A stretch of 64,000 bases of DNA from Octopus vulgaris (GCA_951406725.2 OX597823.1:91636001-91700000); one strand, 5' to 3'; numbered from the stretch's first letter, positions 14,573 to 29,843 are shown. The notes: generated from the sequence alone by a model not told the origin. Numbers and translations: made by a program.

Positions 14573-15069
14573 GTATCTAGTCTTCAACTTAGCAAATATT
14601 TGTAAAGATTTGGAATGTTTACGATTCAAGTTGCTTACTACGTCACCAATATTATTTAAGACAATTGAGGAAATAGTAATAACGCACTATGTTATCAATA
14701 GTCAAGACAGTCCTTTTAAATTCTTGGTGATGGAACCGCGTCTCTGATAAAACATGTAAGTGTTAATACTTGTAGTTTTATTATCTTTCAAACAGTTTTA
14801 ATTAGCTTTAAACACAGCAAGGTTTTATAATAATAGTTAATTACACGTACTTTTATTAGTTTCTATTGAATAAAATTCAATGTTTCTCTTAGTTACTGGA
14901 AATTTAATATTATAACTTGTAGTGGTGACATATCAATGAGTATGTAATGTTTTATTATTAGCTTTTGAATGATGAAATAATGTATTTCACTCATAATTAT
15001 TATATATTATTAGTTAAATTAAATTCAGTCATGTTTGTTTTATTTCGGTAAGACTTATATAAAAAGCTT

Positions 15070-16589
<1,520 letters not shown>

Positions 16590-16614
16590 GTGTGTGTGTG
16601 ACTAGGATGGCCAG

Positions 16615-16851
16615 TTCATATCTCATGTATGAATGATATCAGAATTCCGCTGCTGCTCTAAATGGAAACTTTACTTGTAATTGTCGCTTTGCGGCACGGA
16701 GCAAAGCAGGCCTTGCTGTACACTCAAGAAAACACATAGCAAATGATCCACAAGCAGCCGAACAAACGTAGTCCTCAACTTGTTCTATTTCGAAAATGGT
16801 TTGCAAGGCACCAGCAGACCGCAAGAGACATATTCGTGTCCACAGAACATG
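16615..16851 (+). pseudogene. Two degenerate C2H2-like zinc fingers (probable RTE-type LINE C-terminus)
   Basis: FTCNCRFAARSKAGLAVHSRKH...*...TCSISKMVCKAPADRKRHIRVHRT*; in-frame stop. Confidence 0.5.
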
Positions 16852-17343
16852 ATTAACGCTTTATTTTACTGAACCCTCATTTATCGTCCACGACGGTAAC
16901 TGTTATGTTAGAAATATGTTATAAAATTTTGCGTATAGTAACATTGCTTTTGGAGAAATAACCGTTTCGTATTTTCTTTTCAAATTTCTCAGATTTCTTT
17001 ACCTATATCGTGTCATCTCTTCACTACGTTGTGAAATATAGAGTTCCAGACAGGGGAAGATAATCAGGGATTTTTTCAGTATAAGGGAGGTAATCAAAAA
17101 TACTGGAAATGACTAGGTTTTAAAAATTTAACATTTGGTTTTTGAAGGAATAGAATGCTACAAGTGGTTATGTTTTACCTTATATTTTTTCAATAAGGTA
17201 AGTTTCCTTATTTAAAAATTTTATAACATTTTTCTAACATAATGATTTAAATATATTCTTTAACCATATAACACAAACCTTCTGTAGTTTTTTCACTCTA
17301 TTTTGTCTTTTATACATCAAACCACGTGCTTTCAAATACCAAA

Positions 17344-17375
<32 letters not shown>

Positions 17376-17518
17376 ATATATATACATAAAAATAGGAGTG
17401 AAAACGACTCAAAACCACAGTTTACGATTTTTTCGTTAATGGTAGGTAATTTAAGTGTTTATATTTTGATTAGTACTGCATTAAAAATAAATAAATAAAT
17501 ATATATGTGTGCGTGTTC

Positions 17519-17574
<56 letters not shown>

Positions 17575-17764
17575 GTGTATATATATATATATATTCAATT
17601 TGACAACTCCACTAGAATGGACGAAAGCGCTAATATATGATATATGATATATGATGTATAAAAGCATGTAATATACAAATAAATATCTGTAAATATAAAA
17701 CCATCTGAATTTCTGAGTACCTCATTTCTTCTAATATAAAATACCTGTACATCATCTCCAAGCC

Positions 17765-17809
<45 letters not shown>

Positions 17810-17869
17810 TCACATACTCACACATACACATACACACATAACCCCACACATACACACACACATGTATAT

Positions 17870-18182
17870 ATGCTGGCCTTTGCAGAAAATAATGTTTGTG
17901 GGGCAGGTGTTTAGGAGATGTTGAAGATTTATGATAACAACAGGAAGAATACAAATTGTTAGAGATGAATATAATAGGAACCACTTCTCAACTGTATTTT
18001 CTATTTTTTATTCTAAACAAATATGTCTGCTATTTTAAGATTGTGAAAAGGATTGTTAATAACATTGTTATGTAACAATAATTTTCTTGTAAACTATTTT
18101 AGAGTGGCTTTTGTTTGTTGTGTTTTTTTCTCTCTCTCAGCACATAATCAGCTTAAAATTAGCACTGCTCTCCATTCTTTAA

Positions 18183-18246
<64 letters not shown>

Positions 18247-18370
18247 GAAAACGTAATGTTTTTTGCTTTTTACTTTTGCTAAAAAAAAAATGCAAAAATT
18301 AGATTTAACTATCAAGAAAAATATTGTATGACTGTACAAAAGAACAAAAAAATTTCCGACTCCTGTGGAA
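17870..18370 (-). other. Inverted diverged paralog of 2590-3290
   Basis: Colinear blocks: ttccacag, tttttgcatttt..caaaagt, agaatggaRagcagtgctaattt, tctaaaatag, attattgtta, cttaaaatagca, taaatcttc..aaaca(c/t)ctgccccaca. Confidence 0.7.
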
Positions 18371-19599
18371 TAATACACACACACACACACACACACGCAT
18401 ACACACACACACACATACGCACACACACACGCGCGCGTGCGTGAGATAAATGCATATTTAAAGAAATATTTTTGTATGCTCATCTGAAGATTTTTCCATT
18501 GTACTTATGGTGTTATTAATAATATATATATTTGCCTATGAAAAGGTGTATTGTGAGACTAAGGTAATTGTTCATAAGTGTCCGTCTCTTGCTTTAGTGT
18601 TTGTTCAACAGGTTTGTTATTGTTTTTTTTATATACATGATGTCTTAGTGTCTCTCTTGAGATTCCTATCAATAAGATTCTTTAGGATTTTCATATCTAG
18701 ATACTTAATTTTTTCCCCTATAATTTTAATCCAGAGTAAATGACGATATGTTCTTATATCTTATCATCATCATCATCATCATCATTATCATTAAACTCTC
18801 ATTTTTTTTCTATGCCGGCATGGGTTAGACAACCTCACACGACCTGATGAGCCAGAGGGCTGTACTGAGCTCCTGTCATTGCTGTGACGGTTTCTACAGC
18901 TAGATGCCCTTCTTAATGCCAACCATTTTACAAACTGTACTGAGTACATTTTATGTGGCACCAATAGCAGTTTCTTTTTACGTTGCACTATCACCAGAGC
19001 TTTTTACGTGGCACCAGCACCAGTGATTTTTACGTGGCACCAGCACTGGTGCCTTTTATGTGGCACCATCATATCAGTTGATAAAATATTTATACGTCCA
19101 CAGTGTGTTTTTGTTTTGTTTTTGTCATCACAATACAATCCTGATCAAGCATTCTATCCATGTTCAACCATACAGGTTGTTTAAAGGTTGCTATGACTAC
19201 ATTGTGTAGTGACAATTTTTATGTAGATAGCAGTGCATCGTTTGAGAGTGAATTAGCTGGCATATTTTCAGTAAGTAAAGCTACGACATAGATAAGCCTT
19301 CGGTGATTCACCGAAATATTATTTGTGTGACATAAACACAGATTTCCAAACCTTTCAGAAAGTTCAGGTGTAATACAGAATGAAATGTGGAGAATAGATG
19401 TATTAGAAATACAAGTTAGAATTCAGCAAGAATAACACTAAGTCAAAGAAGCATTTAATATAAGCAAACACGTCAGTTTATAAACACCTGCTGAAGTGCC
19501 AGACCAAGGAATTTACTGTAGCCATCAGAGCCTTATAATGCAACACAGGTGTTTTTAGAACCGAGGAGACAAACTTAATTATTAAATTTAAATGTCTTA

Positions 19600-19773
19600 C
19601 CATTTAGCATTGAGATTTTTCTGTGAAATATAATGCTTATTTATTCACATTGTTTTGAAATAACCATGCGTTATTATCTTATAGCTTCGAGATTTTGATA
19701 ATATGATTATCTTTTGCATGACATTGTAAGTAGATGTGAAAGGCCAGATATGGCAGATATAAATACTAAAAGG
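19600..19773. mobile_element. Small non-autonomous DNA element (piggyBac-like MITE)
   Basis: Degenerate TIRs ccatttagcatt / aatactaaaagg with TTA(A)-like flanks. Confidence 0.5.
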
Positions 19774-20196
19774 TTTATGCGACACAAGGGCAACTCGTTA
19801 TTACAAAACCACCAGTCTGCACATCAGAGCAAGGATAAGAGCGTAATATCATCTCCTATTTTTCCATTTATCCCGATGAAGAAGTTTTGACACCCAAATA
19901 TCGAAGAACTACAAGGTAGACCATTGATTGTTGATGTTTTCACTTCTGTACTGCATTATCTTACATCGAACAAATTTTAATCTAATTTAATATCTCACAA
20001 TGCTTCACCAAACCACTCTAGACTATTAAGTATGAGTAATTGTAAACAAAGAACAAAAGAACAATATGTTAGCACGTTTCTGATTATTGAATGTCGCATA
20101 TATTTGTGTGTGTATACGAGTAGACAAACTAGGCAATCAGCACATTTAGTAGGTGTTACATATATAATTAAAAACATTTTTTGAATCGAGCAGTTT

Positions 20197-20248
<52 letters not shown>

Positions 20249-20249
<1 letters not shown>

Positions 20250-21627
20250 GTTTCAATATCGTTAACTGGTCAATTACTGAAATATGTCAGCTCGACAGAA
20301 AAATAAGAAAACTGTTGACAATGCATAGAATGCACCACCCTAAGGCAGATACAGAACGACTTTATCTGCCAAGAAAAGAGGGAGGCCGTGGTCTTTTGCA
20401 ACTGGCAATAACAATGAAGATTGCTACAATTGGCCTAGACACATACCTGAAAAACTCTGAGGACTGGATGTTAAAAATTGTCTCAAAACATGAAAACAAG
20501 GAAGCATCATACTCAGTAACAAAACAGGCAAAGGAATATCTAAGTGAATTCCGAATACAACCAATTTCGGAATTAGAGATAGACATACAAGAAACAAGCA
20601 CAGAAAAAGCTAGGCGCATGAAAACCCGTGCCAAAACTGCGGCCTTAGATATTCTGAAAAATAAATGGCAAGAAAAACCTCTCTATGGCAAATACCCAAA
20701 GAGAGCGAATAATGCAGATATTGACAAAGCCCTGACCCATCAACGGCTAATGGCCTTTGGCTTAAAATCTGAAACAGAAGGGTTTATCATAGCAGCTCAA
20801 GATCAATGCCTACCAACAAGAAACTACCAGGCCAACATATTAAAGAACGGCAGTAGCCCAACATGTCGTGTATGCCGACAACAAAATGAAACCATTGATC
20901 ATGTTGTATCCAAATGCAGTCTTCTAGCGCCTACAGAGTACCTCAACGGGCGTGATAGAGCTGCACAATATATTCACTGGGTAATTTGCAAAAACCTGGA
21001 TTTTCCCCATGAAAAAAACTGGTGGGAACACAATCCACCTCCAGTACTTGAAAATGACCACATCTCACTCCTCTGGAACTTCACCATTCAAACTGACAGA
21101 AAGATAGATGCAAATAGGCCAGACATCATATTGAAAGACTTCAGACAAAGAACATGCCTCCTCATTGATATGACTGTCCCAATCGATATAAACGTATGTG
21201 TCAAGACCTATCAAAAACTGAGCAAATATAAAGATCTTGAATTAGAAATCAGCAAAATGTGGAACCTGAAGACTAAAACAATACCTGTTGTCATAGGTGC
21301 CCTGGGAATGATAGCGAAAGGGGCTGATTGCTACCTAACTCAGATACCAGGAAACCCCAAAATGGCAGAAATTCAAAAGATAGTGCTCATGGGAACTGCT
21401 CATTACCTACGCAAAATACTCTCTATGTAATCCCAAGGTTTAAAACAAACTTTTTAAAAAAAAATTATGTATTAGACATTCACTAGTACAACACCAAAAA
21501 AAAAAACAAATATATGGCACACTAGGCATAACAACAACGTGAACTTCCAACCTGTTGTCTCTTGAGGTCTCTGGGTGAGACTTGGAGCCAACGTGTACAG
21601 ACATAAAGCAAAAGTCAAACATAGAAT
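20249..21627 (+). mobile_element. R4/Dong-like non-LTR retrotransposon, 5'-truncated (RT C-terminus, CCHC knuckle, restriction-like endonuclease), with 3' UTR
   Basis: Open frame to 21430: ERLYLPRKEGGRGL, CRVC..ETIDHVVSKC, RPDIIL..LIDMTVP..KLSKYKDL; (TAA)n on both sides. Confidence 0.92.
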
Positions 21628-21673
21628 AACAATAATAATAATAACCACAACAACAGCAACAGCAACAACAACA

Positions 21674-21755
<82 letters not shown>

Positions 21756-21756
<1 letters not shown>

Positions 21757-22105
21757 TCATTGAAATTGAGAAAATGTGGCATCGCAAGGCGGTTACAATA
21801 CCAGTGATCGTAGAAGCACTAGGAATGATCAAGAAGGGAACCGAAAATTATATGAGAATGATCCCTGGCTTACCATCCCTGCAAGAAGTGCAAAAGATTG
21901 TCTTAACTGGTACATCACACGTATTGAGAAGAGCGTTGTCGATGTGAGAACTATTACTACCCATGTATTTTAATTTAACTTAAAAAAAAAATGAAGGAAC
22001 TAGTGAGTTTAGTTTAATGGCCAACCAATGTATACTATGAATCTCTTTGCCCTAGGAGTCGGGAAGACACTCGGCGAGAAATGGAAGCAAATTTGAAAGA
22101 AGAAA
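21756..22105 (+). mobile_element. Second RLE-LINE subfamily, 3' fragment
   Basis: LIEIEKMWHRKAVTIPVIVEALGMI...VQKIVLTGTSHVLRRALSM*; flanked by (AAT)n. Confidence 0.8.
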
Positions 22106-22117
22106 ATAATAATAATG

Positions 22118-22173
<56 letters not shown>

Positions 22174-22216
22174 CACAACAACAGCAACAGCAAGAACAAC
22201 AACAACAATAACAATG

Positions 22217-22249
<33 letters not shown>

Positions 22250-22339
22250 CCTAGCTCCTATACCTATCTGCTTGCCTGCCTGCCTACCTACCTCCCTACC
22301 TACCTACCTACCTACCTACCTACCTATCTAGCTCATAAA

Positions 22340-22505
22340 GAAGGAAACTCCAAAATGGCAGAAATTCAAAAGATAATGCTCATCGGAACTGTCCATATCC
22401 TACGTAAAATACTTTCTATGTAATCTCAAATTTTAAAACAAACTCATAATTTTCTTGTGTTCTCGTAAACATTTTCTAGAACAATGCTATGCGCAAAACC
22501 CAATC
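22340..22505 (+). mobile_element. Third RLE-LINE 3' fragment
   Basis: GNSKMAEIQKIMLIGTVHILRKILSM* plus 3' UTR similar to 21350-21520. Confidence 0.75.
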
Positions 22506-22509
22506 AAAA

Positions 22510-22950
22510 TAAAGCGACTAATACCAAAACTATTCGGTTGATTATTCCTTATGGGAGGCAAAATTAAATCTAATCTTCCTTTCCAGTTTCGGGAAGCTAT
22601 TATTAGGAATTTTCCAAAGAATTCTAGGTATTACTCAGTTATCAACTCGCACATGGTTAGTATTGGTTTTTCAAACACAAAAAAATCTCTCACAAATTTT
22701 CTCCTCAAATAATATTAGTTTGTTAAATAAGAATCCAGTTACTAATACTAACATTAATTTAGCTAATAAGAACCATCCCTCCAGAAATATGAATAACAAG
22801 GTTATTGTCTCTGAAGTCAATTCCAACAGAATTAAGTTTATGTCTAGTAATTCTAAGATTAAAAATTCTATATAGCAGTGTAAAATTGCTTCAGGTACCG
22901 ATGTCTTTTTTCATATAGGCAGTTCTTCTCAGTTATCTAAAAGAATGACT
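22510..22950 (+). mobile_element. Penelope-like C-terminal linker/GIY-YIG endonuclease remnant
   Basis: IPYG..IKSNLPFQFREAIIRNFPKNSRYYSVINSHMVSIGFSNTKNLSQI..NSI*QCKI..FHIGSSSQLSKRM. Confidence 0.55.
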
Positions 22951-22956
22951 GCTGAG

Positions 22957-22993
<37 letters not shown>

Positions 22994-23236
22994 GGTGTGC
23001 GTATGTGTGTGTGTGTGTGTGTATGCATATTAGCAAGGGTGAGTAAGGTACCTCAATCATACTTGTCTTCCTTGCAGTTTTAAAATTGGAATATGCATAA
23101 AACTGAATACTGTGTAAAATGCATGTTTTATGTCAGTTGGTCCAGAGTTGCGTAAAAAACAACATAAAACAAAAAAAAAAACAGGGAATAACAAACATGG
23201 TGTCTTAGTTTGACGCTCAGGAAAAATGGAAGAGTC

Positions 23237-23270
23237 TTTGACGTTTCGAGCCTAAGCTCTTCTACAGAAA
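23237..23270 (-). ncRNA. Minimal hammerhead-like motif, CUGUAGA core, GUC site
   Basis: Minus: uuu-CUGUAGA-a-GAGC-uuag-GCUC-GAAAC-GUC-aaa. Confidence 0.55.
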
Positions 23271-23289
23271 TAAATAAATATATATATAT

Positions 23290-23527
23290 TCCTTTACTTG
23301 TTTCAGTCATTTGACTGCGGCCATGCTGGAGTACCACCTTTAGTCGAGCAAATCGACCCCAGAGCTTATTTTTTCTAAGCCTAGTACTTATTCTCTCGGT
23401 CTTTTCTGCCGAACCGCTAAGTTACGGCGACGTAAACACACCAGCATCGGATGTCAAGCGAAATTGGTGGAGAGACAAACACAGACATATAAACACATAC
23501 ATGCGCACACACACACACGCAGACACA

Positions 23528-23614
<87 letters not shown>

Positions 23615-23707
23615 GTACATATATACATATACGACGGGCTCCTTTCAGTTTAAGTCTACCAAAGCCACTCACAAGGCTTTGGTCGGCTCGAGGCTATAGT
23701 AGAAGAC
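23290..23707 (-). mobile_element. SINE family A
   Basis: Family motifs with internal (CA)n. Confidence 0.85.
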
Positions 23708-23749
23708 TAGCCACTCCTATATGCATATTTAACTTTGAAAAAGGTTTCG

Positions 23750-24614
23750 GCCAGTGTAGGCCCAGACCATGTCTAACTTAATAACACCACCCGGTGACGT
23801 ATTTTAGTCATATATGGGGAACCTTGGCCCACTCTAGGAAAGAGTTATTCTTGGAGACATATCCGGGTGTAGGATGTTGGTCCGGGAATTTTTAAAGAAA
23901 TTTGTCCAGTGAACTTTTGAATTTTATGGGATCCATTTCCGTTTCGACGTATTTTGGTATGGCATTAAAGAGAGCTGGACCAGTTGAGGTAAAGTAGTTG
24001 TAACGTAATGTTGTATGTCCTTGAGTTCGATTTTTGTAGTGGGCGGATTGCACGGAGTCCAAGTCTTGGCTGGATTTTAAAATTGATGCCAACATCCTTT
24101 GTACAATATTGATGGAATATTGTCCACATCACACAAATGATGCAGCGCTCTCGGCGGTGTTGAAGAGAGTAGAGACTGAGATTTTTAGCCGACCTCAATA
24201 GTCAGTGCCTATCATGACGTGTATCTTTCTTGTTATCGACCTCTGGAGTGCTTCCACTTTCATAATGAGTTGCTTCGTGAGGGTGGACCACAGTGGGCAA
24301 CAGTATTCAAGGTGGGGTCGAGCAAAAGTAGAGTAGAGAAGGATGATGGAGTGGGCATCTCTAGACCGGTAAGTTCTCAGAATTCAGGAGCACATCTTGC
24401 GGGCCAAGTCAACCTTGCTGTTTACATGGGAACTAAAACTTAGATTGTTATCAACAATTACTCCAAGATCTGTGGTGTTGTTGGATGACATTAGGGAGTC
24501 ACCCGAGGGAAGAGCATATGGTAGTTTCGGAGTATCCGCTTTTCCAAAATGAATCAAATTAAACTTATCCTCATTTAAAAGCATATTGCTTTTTTCCCAT
24601 CCGTTGGACAACTG
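23750..24614 (-). mobile_element. CR1-group LINE RT C-terminal fragment (degenerate)
   Basis: NMLLNEDKF..DLGVIVDNNLSFSSH, LYSLQHRRER, GPALFNAIPK..KFKSSLDKFL. Confidence 0.85.
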
Positions 24615-24947
24615 CAAACAGATCCGACTGAAAGCATGTTCGATCTTCCATACCGTTTATGGCTTTCTGAAGTTTGGAAAGTATACAAAAATCTGTATAC
24701 AGATGCATATGTACAAATACCTATACATGCATTCATATATGCATAGATACATGTAGTTACACGCGTATATATTACAAATTTGTACCTGCATAGTAAATAC
24801 AAAAACGCGCAATTATAAAAGCGTGTATAGAACTGACAATAACGTGGGAGTACGATAAGTATTTATGTACATATATACATTCATAGATACACACATATAT
24901 ACTTATATGCACGTAGATATGTATGTGTGTGTCTGTATGTGTGTATA

Positions 24948-24978
<31 letters not shown>

Positions 24979-25829
24979 TTGTGTGTATACGCAAAAACAC
25001 AAACACATACGCAGGCACATACAAATATTCATAAACAGCAGAAGCAGAAATTTTGCTTCTGTAATAATATCCCAATTAGCTCTTTATGCATTCATTTATG
25101 CAAGTAATTATGTGAATGTTATTGTATTTTGTGTTTTTGTCTCCTCCTTTTTTTTTTTTTGCTTATTTTCTTTCAACATGTCTTCGCTCGTGTGATAATT
25201 ACTCGAAGCTGACGTCGAATAATATTCAGGAAATCTTTGATGAAATTATGCTTAATCTTTGATAATATCGAATTGCCAAAGCATGCTAGTCGGAACTAAT
25301 GCCATGTATAGAAATATGGTCAATTACTCTCGTAATATTGTCAATTTTCCGGTAAATTTTCTGTAAATGCTGTTCCTACACTATCAATTTAGTCCTGGAT
25401 GACAGATTACTGCTGTTGATTTTCCTGGTTCTAGCCAGAATTATTCTTGGTGTTTGTTTTCTTGTAGTTGTTAATTAGAAAATGCTTACCATAGCTTAGT
25501 ATATTTTGGTGTTGGTGAGGCTGTGTGGTAAGAAGTTTACTTCGCAACCACATGGTTACGGGTTCAATCATACTGATTGGCAAATTGGGCAAGTATCTTC
25601 TAATATAGTCTTGGGCCGACCAAAGTCTTGTGAGTGGATTTGGTAGACAGAAACTGAAAGAAGCCCGTTGTATATATATATCTAATGTAGGATAAAGTTA
25701 AAAAAAAAAAAAAAATTTTATCAATGGCCAGCATATTAAAAAATACCTTTAAAGGTTAAATTTATAAATAACTTATAAAATAAGTTATAAATAACTTATT
25801 TTATAAGTTATAAATATTTATATATTTTT

Positions 25830-27788
25830 TTCTCTGGTTTCAGCTCAGAGCTGCGGCCATGCTGATGCACCGCCGTTTTGTGCTACACTGTTATTGCGAA
25901 GAACCTCGTCTAATATGTGGCACTTGGTGAAGAATGGAGTTTGATATAGCTACTCTCATTTGCACCTCATTTGCACATCTGGGACTCTCGACAGGAAGAT
26001 GTCCAGCTTTGATTTAAAAACCGCTACATCTACTTTGTGGAAGTTCTTCAGACTCTTTGGGAGAATATTAAAAAGCTGTGGGCCCTTGAAACCCAGGCTG
26101 TTGCAGAAGCTGGTCCTGAAGCGTGATGGCATTACTGAGATCTTTGGCACTATACAGTGTCGTCCCGTTCTAGTATTGGTGTAGCTTACAATGCAAAAAT
26201 TTGGCACAATTTCTTCTAGGATCTTCCAGACATATATTATTGCATATCTCTCCCGTCTTCTCTCCGGGGAGTAGAGTCTTAGCTGTTTCAACCTTTCCCA
26301 GTACCTGAGCTGTTGCAAAGAGACGATCTTCTTTGTGAATCTTCTCAGGATTGCTTCAAGGTCCGCTGTTAATTTTACACTGGTGGGTGACCATAGCTGT
26401 GAGCAGTAATCCAGGCGGCTGAGGACGAATGTCCGCCAGAGGACCATCATGGTTTCCTTATCTCTGGTTCTGAATGTTTTTGGATCCACCCTGCCAGTCG
26501 TCTGCACGTTGTCGCCATCCTGGCAATGTGCACTTGGAAAGAGGTATCATCACTTATGTCGATACCCAGGTCCCTCAGAGACTTAGACTCTGGGATTGAA
26601 ATTCCCTGTGGACCGGTGTATCCTGTAAGTTTAATATTCAGTTTTGGATGCTGGAAGCGCAGGGCCTGGAATTTTTCAGCATGAAACTGCATATTATTAT
26701 CCTCAGCCCATCTGTAGATTGATTCCAACTCCAGCTGCAGGTGTGCAACATCGCTGGGATTCTGTATTTTCTGTGAGACTTTCGTATCGTCTGCGTATCT
26801 CGCCAGAGTGGCTATCCGGGCATTTGAGGGCATATCTGAGAGGGCCACTATAAAAAGCAGTGGTCCCAAGACAGTGCCCTGTGGAACACCGCTCACTATT
26901 TGTGTGTTCATAGAGGTGGCTCCATTAACCACTACTGCCTGACTCCTATCTTTCAGGAAGTCTGTAACCACACTCCACGTTTTCCAGCTATGCCGAGGTC
27001 ACGCAGTTTGTGGCATATCATACCATGATCCACCTTGTCAAAAGCCTTTGCAAAATCAAGGCAGATTACGTCCACATTTGATTTGTTGAGTAACTGCCTC
27101 AACACCCAGTCATAATGTTGTAAGAGCTGGGTCAGGCAGCTCCTACCTGGTCGAAAACCATGCTGGGCATCACTCAGCAAGTTATTTTCCTCAAGGAATG
27201 CGATTAGTTTCTTTCTGACTATCCGTTCCATGACTTTGCTGATGTGTGAAGTCAGAGAGATAGACCTATAGTTTTTGGCGTCTGCTCTACTTCCCCCTTT
27301 ATGTATTAGGCATATTATTCCCTCCTTCAGCTTGCTTGGCAGTTTGTTTGCCATTCGCAAGAAAGCTCTGGAAGAGAATCTTGAGGGGTTTTGCCAGGGC
27401 ATGCTTACACGTTTTGAGGAGGTTGGCTGGGAAACCATCTGGACTAGCAGCTGAGTTTGTGTCCACTTCATCTATGGCTAGTAGGACATCTTTTTCGCTA
27501 ATGTCAATATATTCTATTGTAACCGCCTCGCTGGTTATAGGTGAGGCGGCAAAGAAGTCCACTGGTTCGTTCACTTGTCTGTGTCCCAACGGGGTGGTAA
27601 AGACACATTTGAACTGGTCATTCAGCATCTCACTGATCTTAGTTGGACTGTCTGTGAAGGAGCCATCCTTTTGGAGGAGGGGTCCTATCTTGTAGTGCAC
27701 TGAGACTGTTTCTTTCGCGTAATGAAAGAAGGCCTTTGGGTTTGATTTAATATTTTTTATAATCCAGGCTTCTTTGTCTGCTTTCTCC

Positions 27789-27792
<4 letters not shown>
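25830..27792 (-). mobile_element. CR1-group LINE ORF2 (RT domain to 3' end), 5'-truncated and frameshifted
   Basis: KNYRSISLTS, QHGFRPGRSCLTQL, LDFAKAFDKVDH, GVPQGTVLGPLLF, YADDTK, RRRERYAIIYVWKIL; 3' stem-loop tail at 25836-25874. Confidence 0.92.
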
Positions 27793-27847
<55 letters not shown>

Positions 27848-28867
27848 AAAATGTAAATACGCACACTTATATAGTTTTAATATAATTTTTAATATATCAA
27901 CCGGTTTCGCTATCGCTATTCATGATATTATTGGAATATATATTTTTTCTTAAGAAGAAATTTTGTCCATGTTGTGTGTGATGAAATTCACGAGTGAATG
28001 ACTTCACAAGTATATATATATATATATGTATATACGAGGCTATAGGAGAAGACACTTGCCCAAGGTGCCACGCAGTGAGACTGAACCAGGAACCATATGG
28101 TTCGTAAGCCAGCTACTTACCACACAGCAACTCCTACGCCTATATGTTATGCCGAAAATAAAGAAAATGCATTTATGCATTTTCCAGATATATGCCAAAG
28201 TATAAATACATATGTGTGTGTATGTGTGTACATCTATATGCACATACACAAGCTCTGTATATACATGCATTACATTATTTTGAAACACACATACAATATA
28301 CGTATATATATATGTGTGTGTGTATATGTGTATATATACGTTATTGAGATCATTTAATCTCTCTTAGCTGCATATGCCTGGCACGTCAGCTGTCAAAATT
28401 GATACTAAAATATGTTATTCAGTGCAGTAGAGATACATTTCCAAGATAATAAGCTATATGCAGCGTTAAACAGTTAAATATTTCTCTAGTAAAACGTAAT
28501 TACAGTCACACACATTAACGATAATGTTCTGTTGCCATTATTGTTTTGAGAATTATGTTTTAATTGTGCTATGTAATGAATTCGAAGATAAGACACGAAT
28601 GCTGAAATAAAAACACGGGCAAAGAGAAAGAATGAGGAAACCATATATATATATATATATTATGTGTTTACTGCTCGTGAGAAAATTAGAGAGAAAATGT
28701 GAAAACAAGATTTTCTGAATAGATACATCTTTCAAACTTTATTTGAATAACCTCGACAAAGCATGAACACACGTATAAAACAAATGTATGTGGTGTATAT
28801 AACTGTGCGTGTATGTGTGTGTGCACACACACATATATTCATATATATATATGTATATATATACACG

Positions 28868-28934
<67 letters not shown>

Positions 28935-28971
28935 GCATACACACACACAAATATATATTCTGTTATGCTTT

Positions 28972-29381
28972 TTTCTTTTGCTTCAGTCATTTGACTGCGG
29001 CCATGCTGGAGCAAGTCGAACAAATCGACCCCAAGACGCATTTTCGTAAGCCTATTACTTATTCTATCGGTCTCTTTTGCTGAACCACTAAGTTACGGTG
29101 ACATAGACACGCCACCATCAGTTAAGCGATGATGGGGGACAAACACACACACATAGGTACACACACACATATATATATATATAATTATTATACATATACA
29201 TATAATTATTATATATATGATGGTCTTCTTTCAGTTTCCATCAACCAAATCCACTCATAAGGCTTTGGTCGACTCGAGGCTATAGTATAAGGTACTTGCC
29301 CAAGGTGCCATGCACTGAGACTGAATCCGGAACCTTGTGGTTGGTAAGCAAGCTACTTATCACACAGCCTCTCCTGCGCCT
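28972..29381 (-). mobile_element. SINE family A
   Basis: Family motifs; smaller partial copies at 25518-25672(+), 28036-28142(-), 30051-30450(+). Confidence 0.85.
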
Positions 29382-29435
29382 ATATATATACACATATATA
29401 ATGTATATACAATAATAATAATAATATATACATAC

Positions 29436-29495
<60 letters not shown>

Positions 29496-29505
29496 ATAAT
29501 AATAT

Positions 29506-29843
29506 GACAGCAAAAGAATGAATGAGACATCGATGTTATGTACAATTGAGGAATTTATCTATAGATATAATATGTGACAATTAGTTGGTTGTCATAATAA
29601 AACTCAGAGTTTCGGATACCGGGTCTGAAATCTGCTCCGGCATCTCGTCAGTTATTAAGACAAAATGCCATGAAAAAAAAAGCGTTCTGTCTTAATAACC
29701 GATGTGATGCGGGAACAGACTTCAGTCCCAGTATACGAAACTCTGAGTTGTATTATGGCAACCAACTAATTGTCACATATTATATTTATAGATAAATTCC
29801 TCTATTTTACATAATATCGATGTCTCATTCATTCTTTTGCTTA
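29506..29843. mobile_element. Long foldback (about 160-bp arms) of a Penelope-like pLTR, with an HHR motif in each arm
   Basis: 29506-29668 is the reverse complement of 29681-29843. Minus 29595-29657: taataa-CTGACGA-gatgccgg...ccggtatc-c-GAAA-ctc-t-gag-TT-ttatta. Confidence 0.75.

Larger units (their letters stand above)
12600..14770 (+). mobile_element. Degenerate Penelope-like retroelement reverse transcriptase, interrupted by a Helitron and a SINE
   Basis: IPGLHK..KCRFIA, YDVSTLYTNL, QVRGI..GNCSPLLADLYL, RYVDHIFIPN, YLDVSL..TDIYNKTEDFGF are PLE RT motifs; frameshifts and stops; decayed HHR-like motif near 14723-14760. Confidence 0.85.

Noticed and set aside
18940-19070. CRISPR-like repeats (ttttacgtggcaccagcac)
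   Set aside because: Short tandem duplications inside a SINE; no unique spacers or cas genes; eukaryotic context
20315-21430. Host protein-coding gene
   Set aside because: Domain content and a second copy at 57139-57763 show it is a truncated RLE non-LTR retrotransposon
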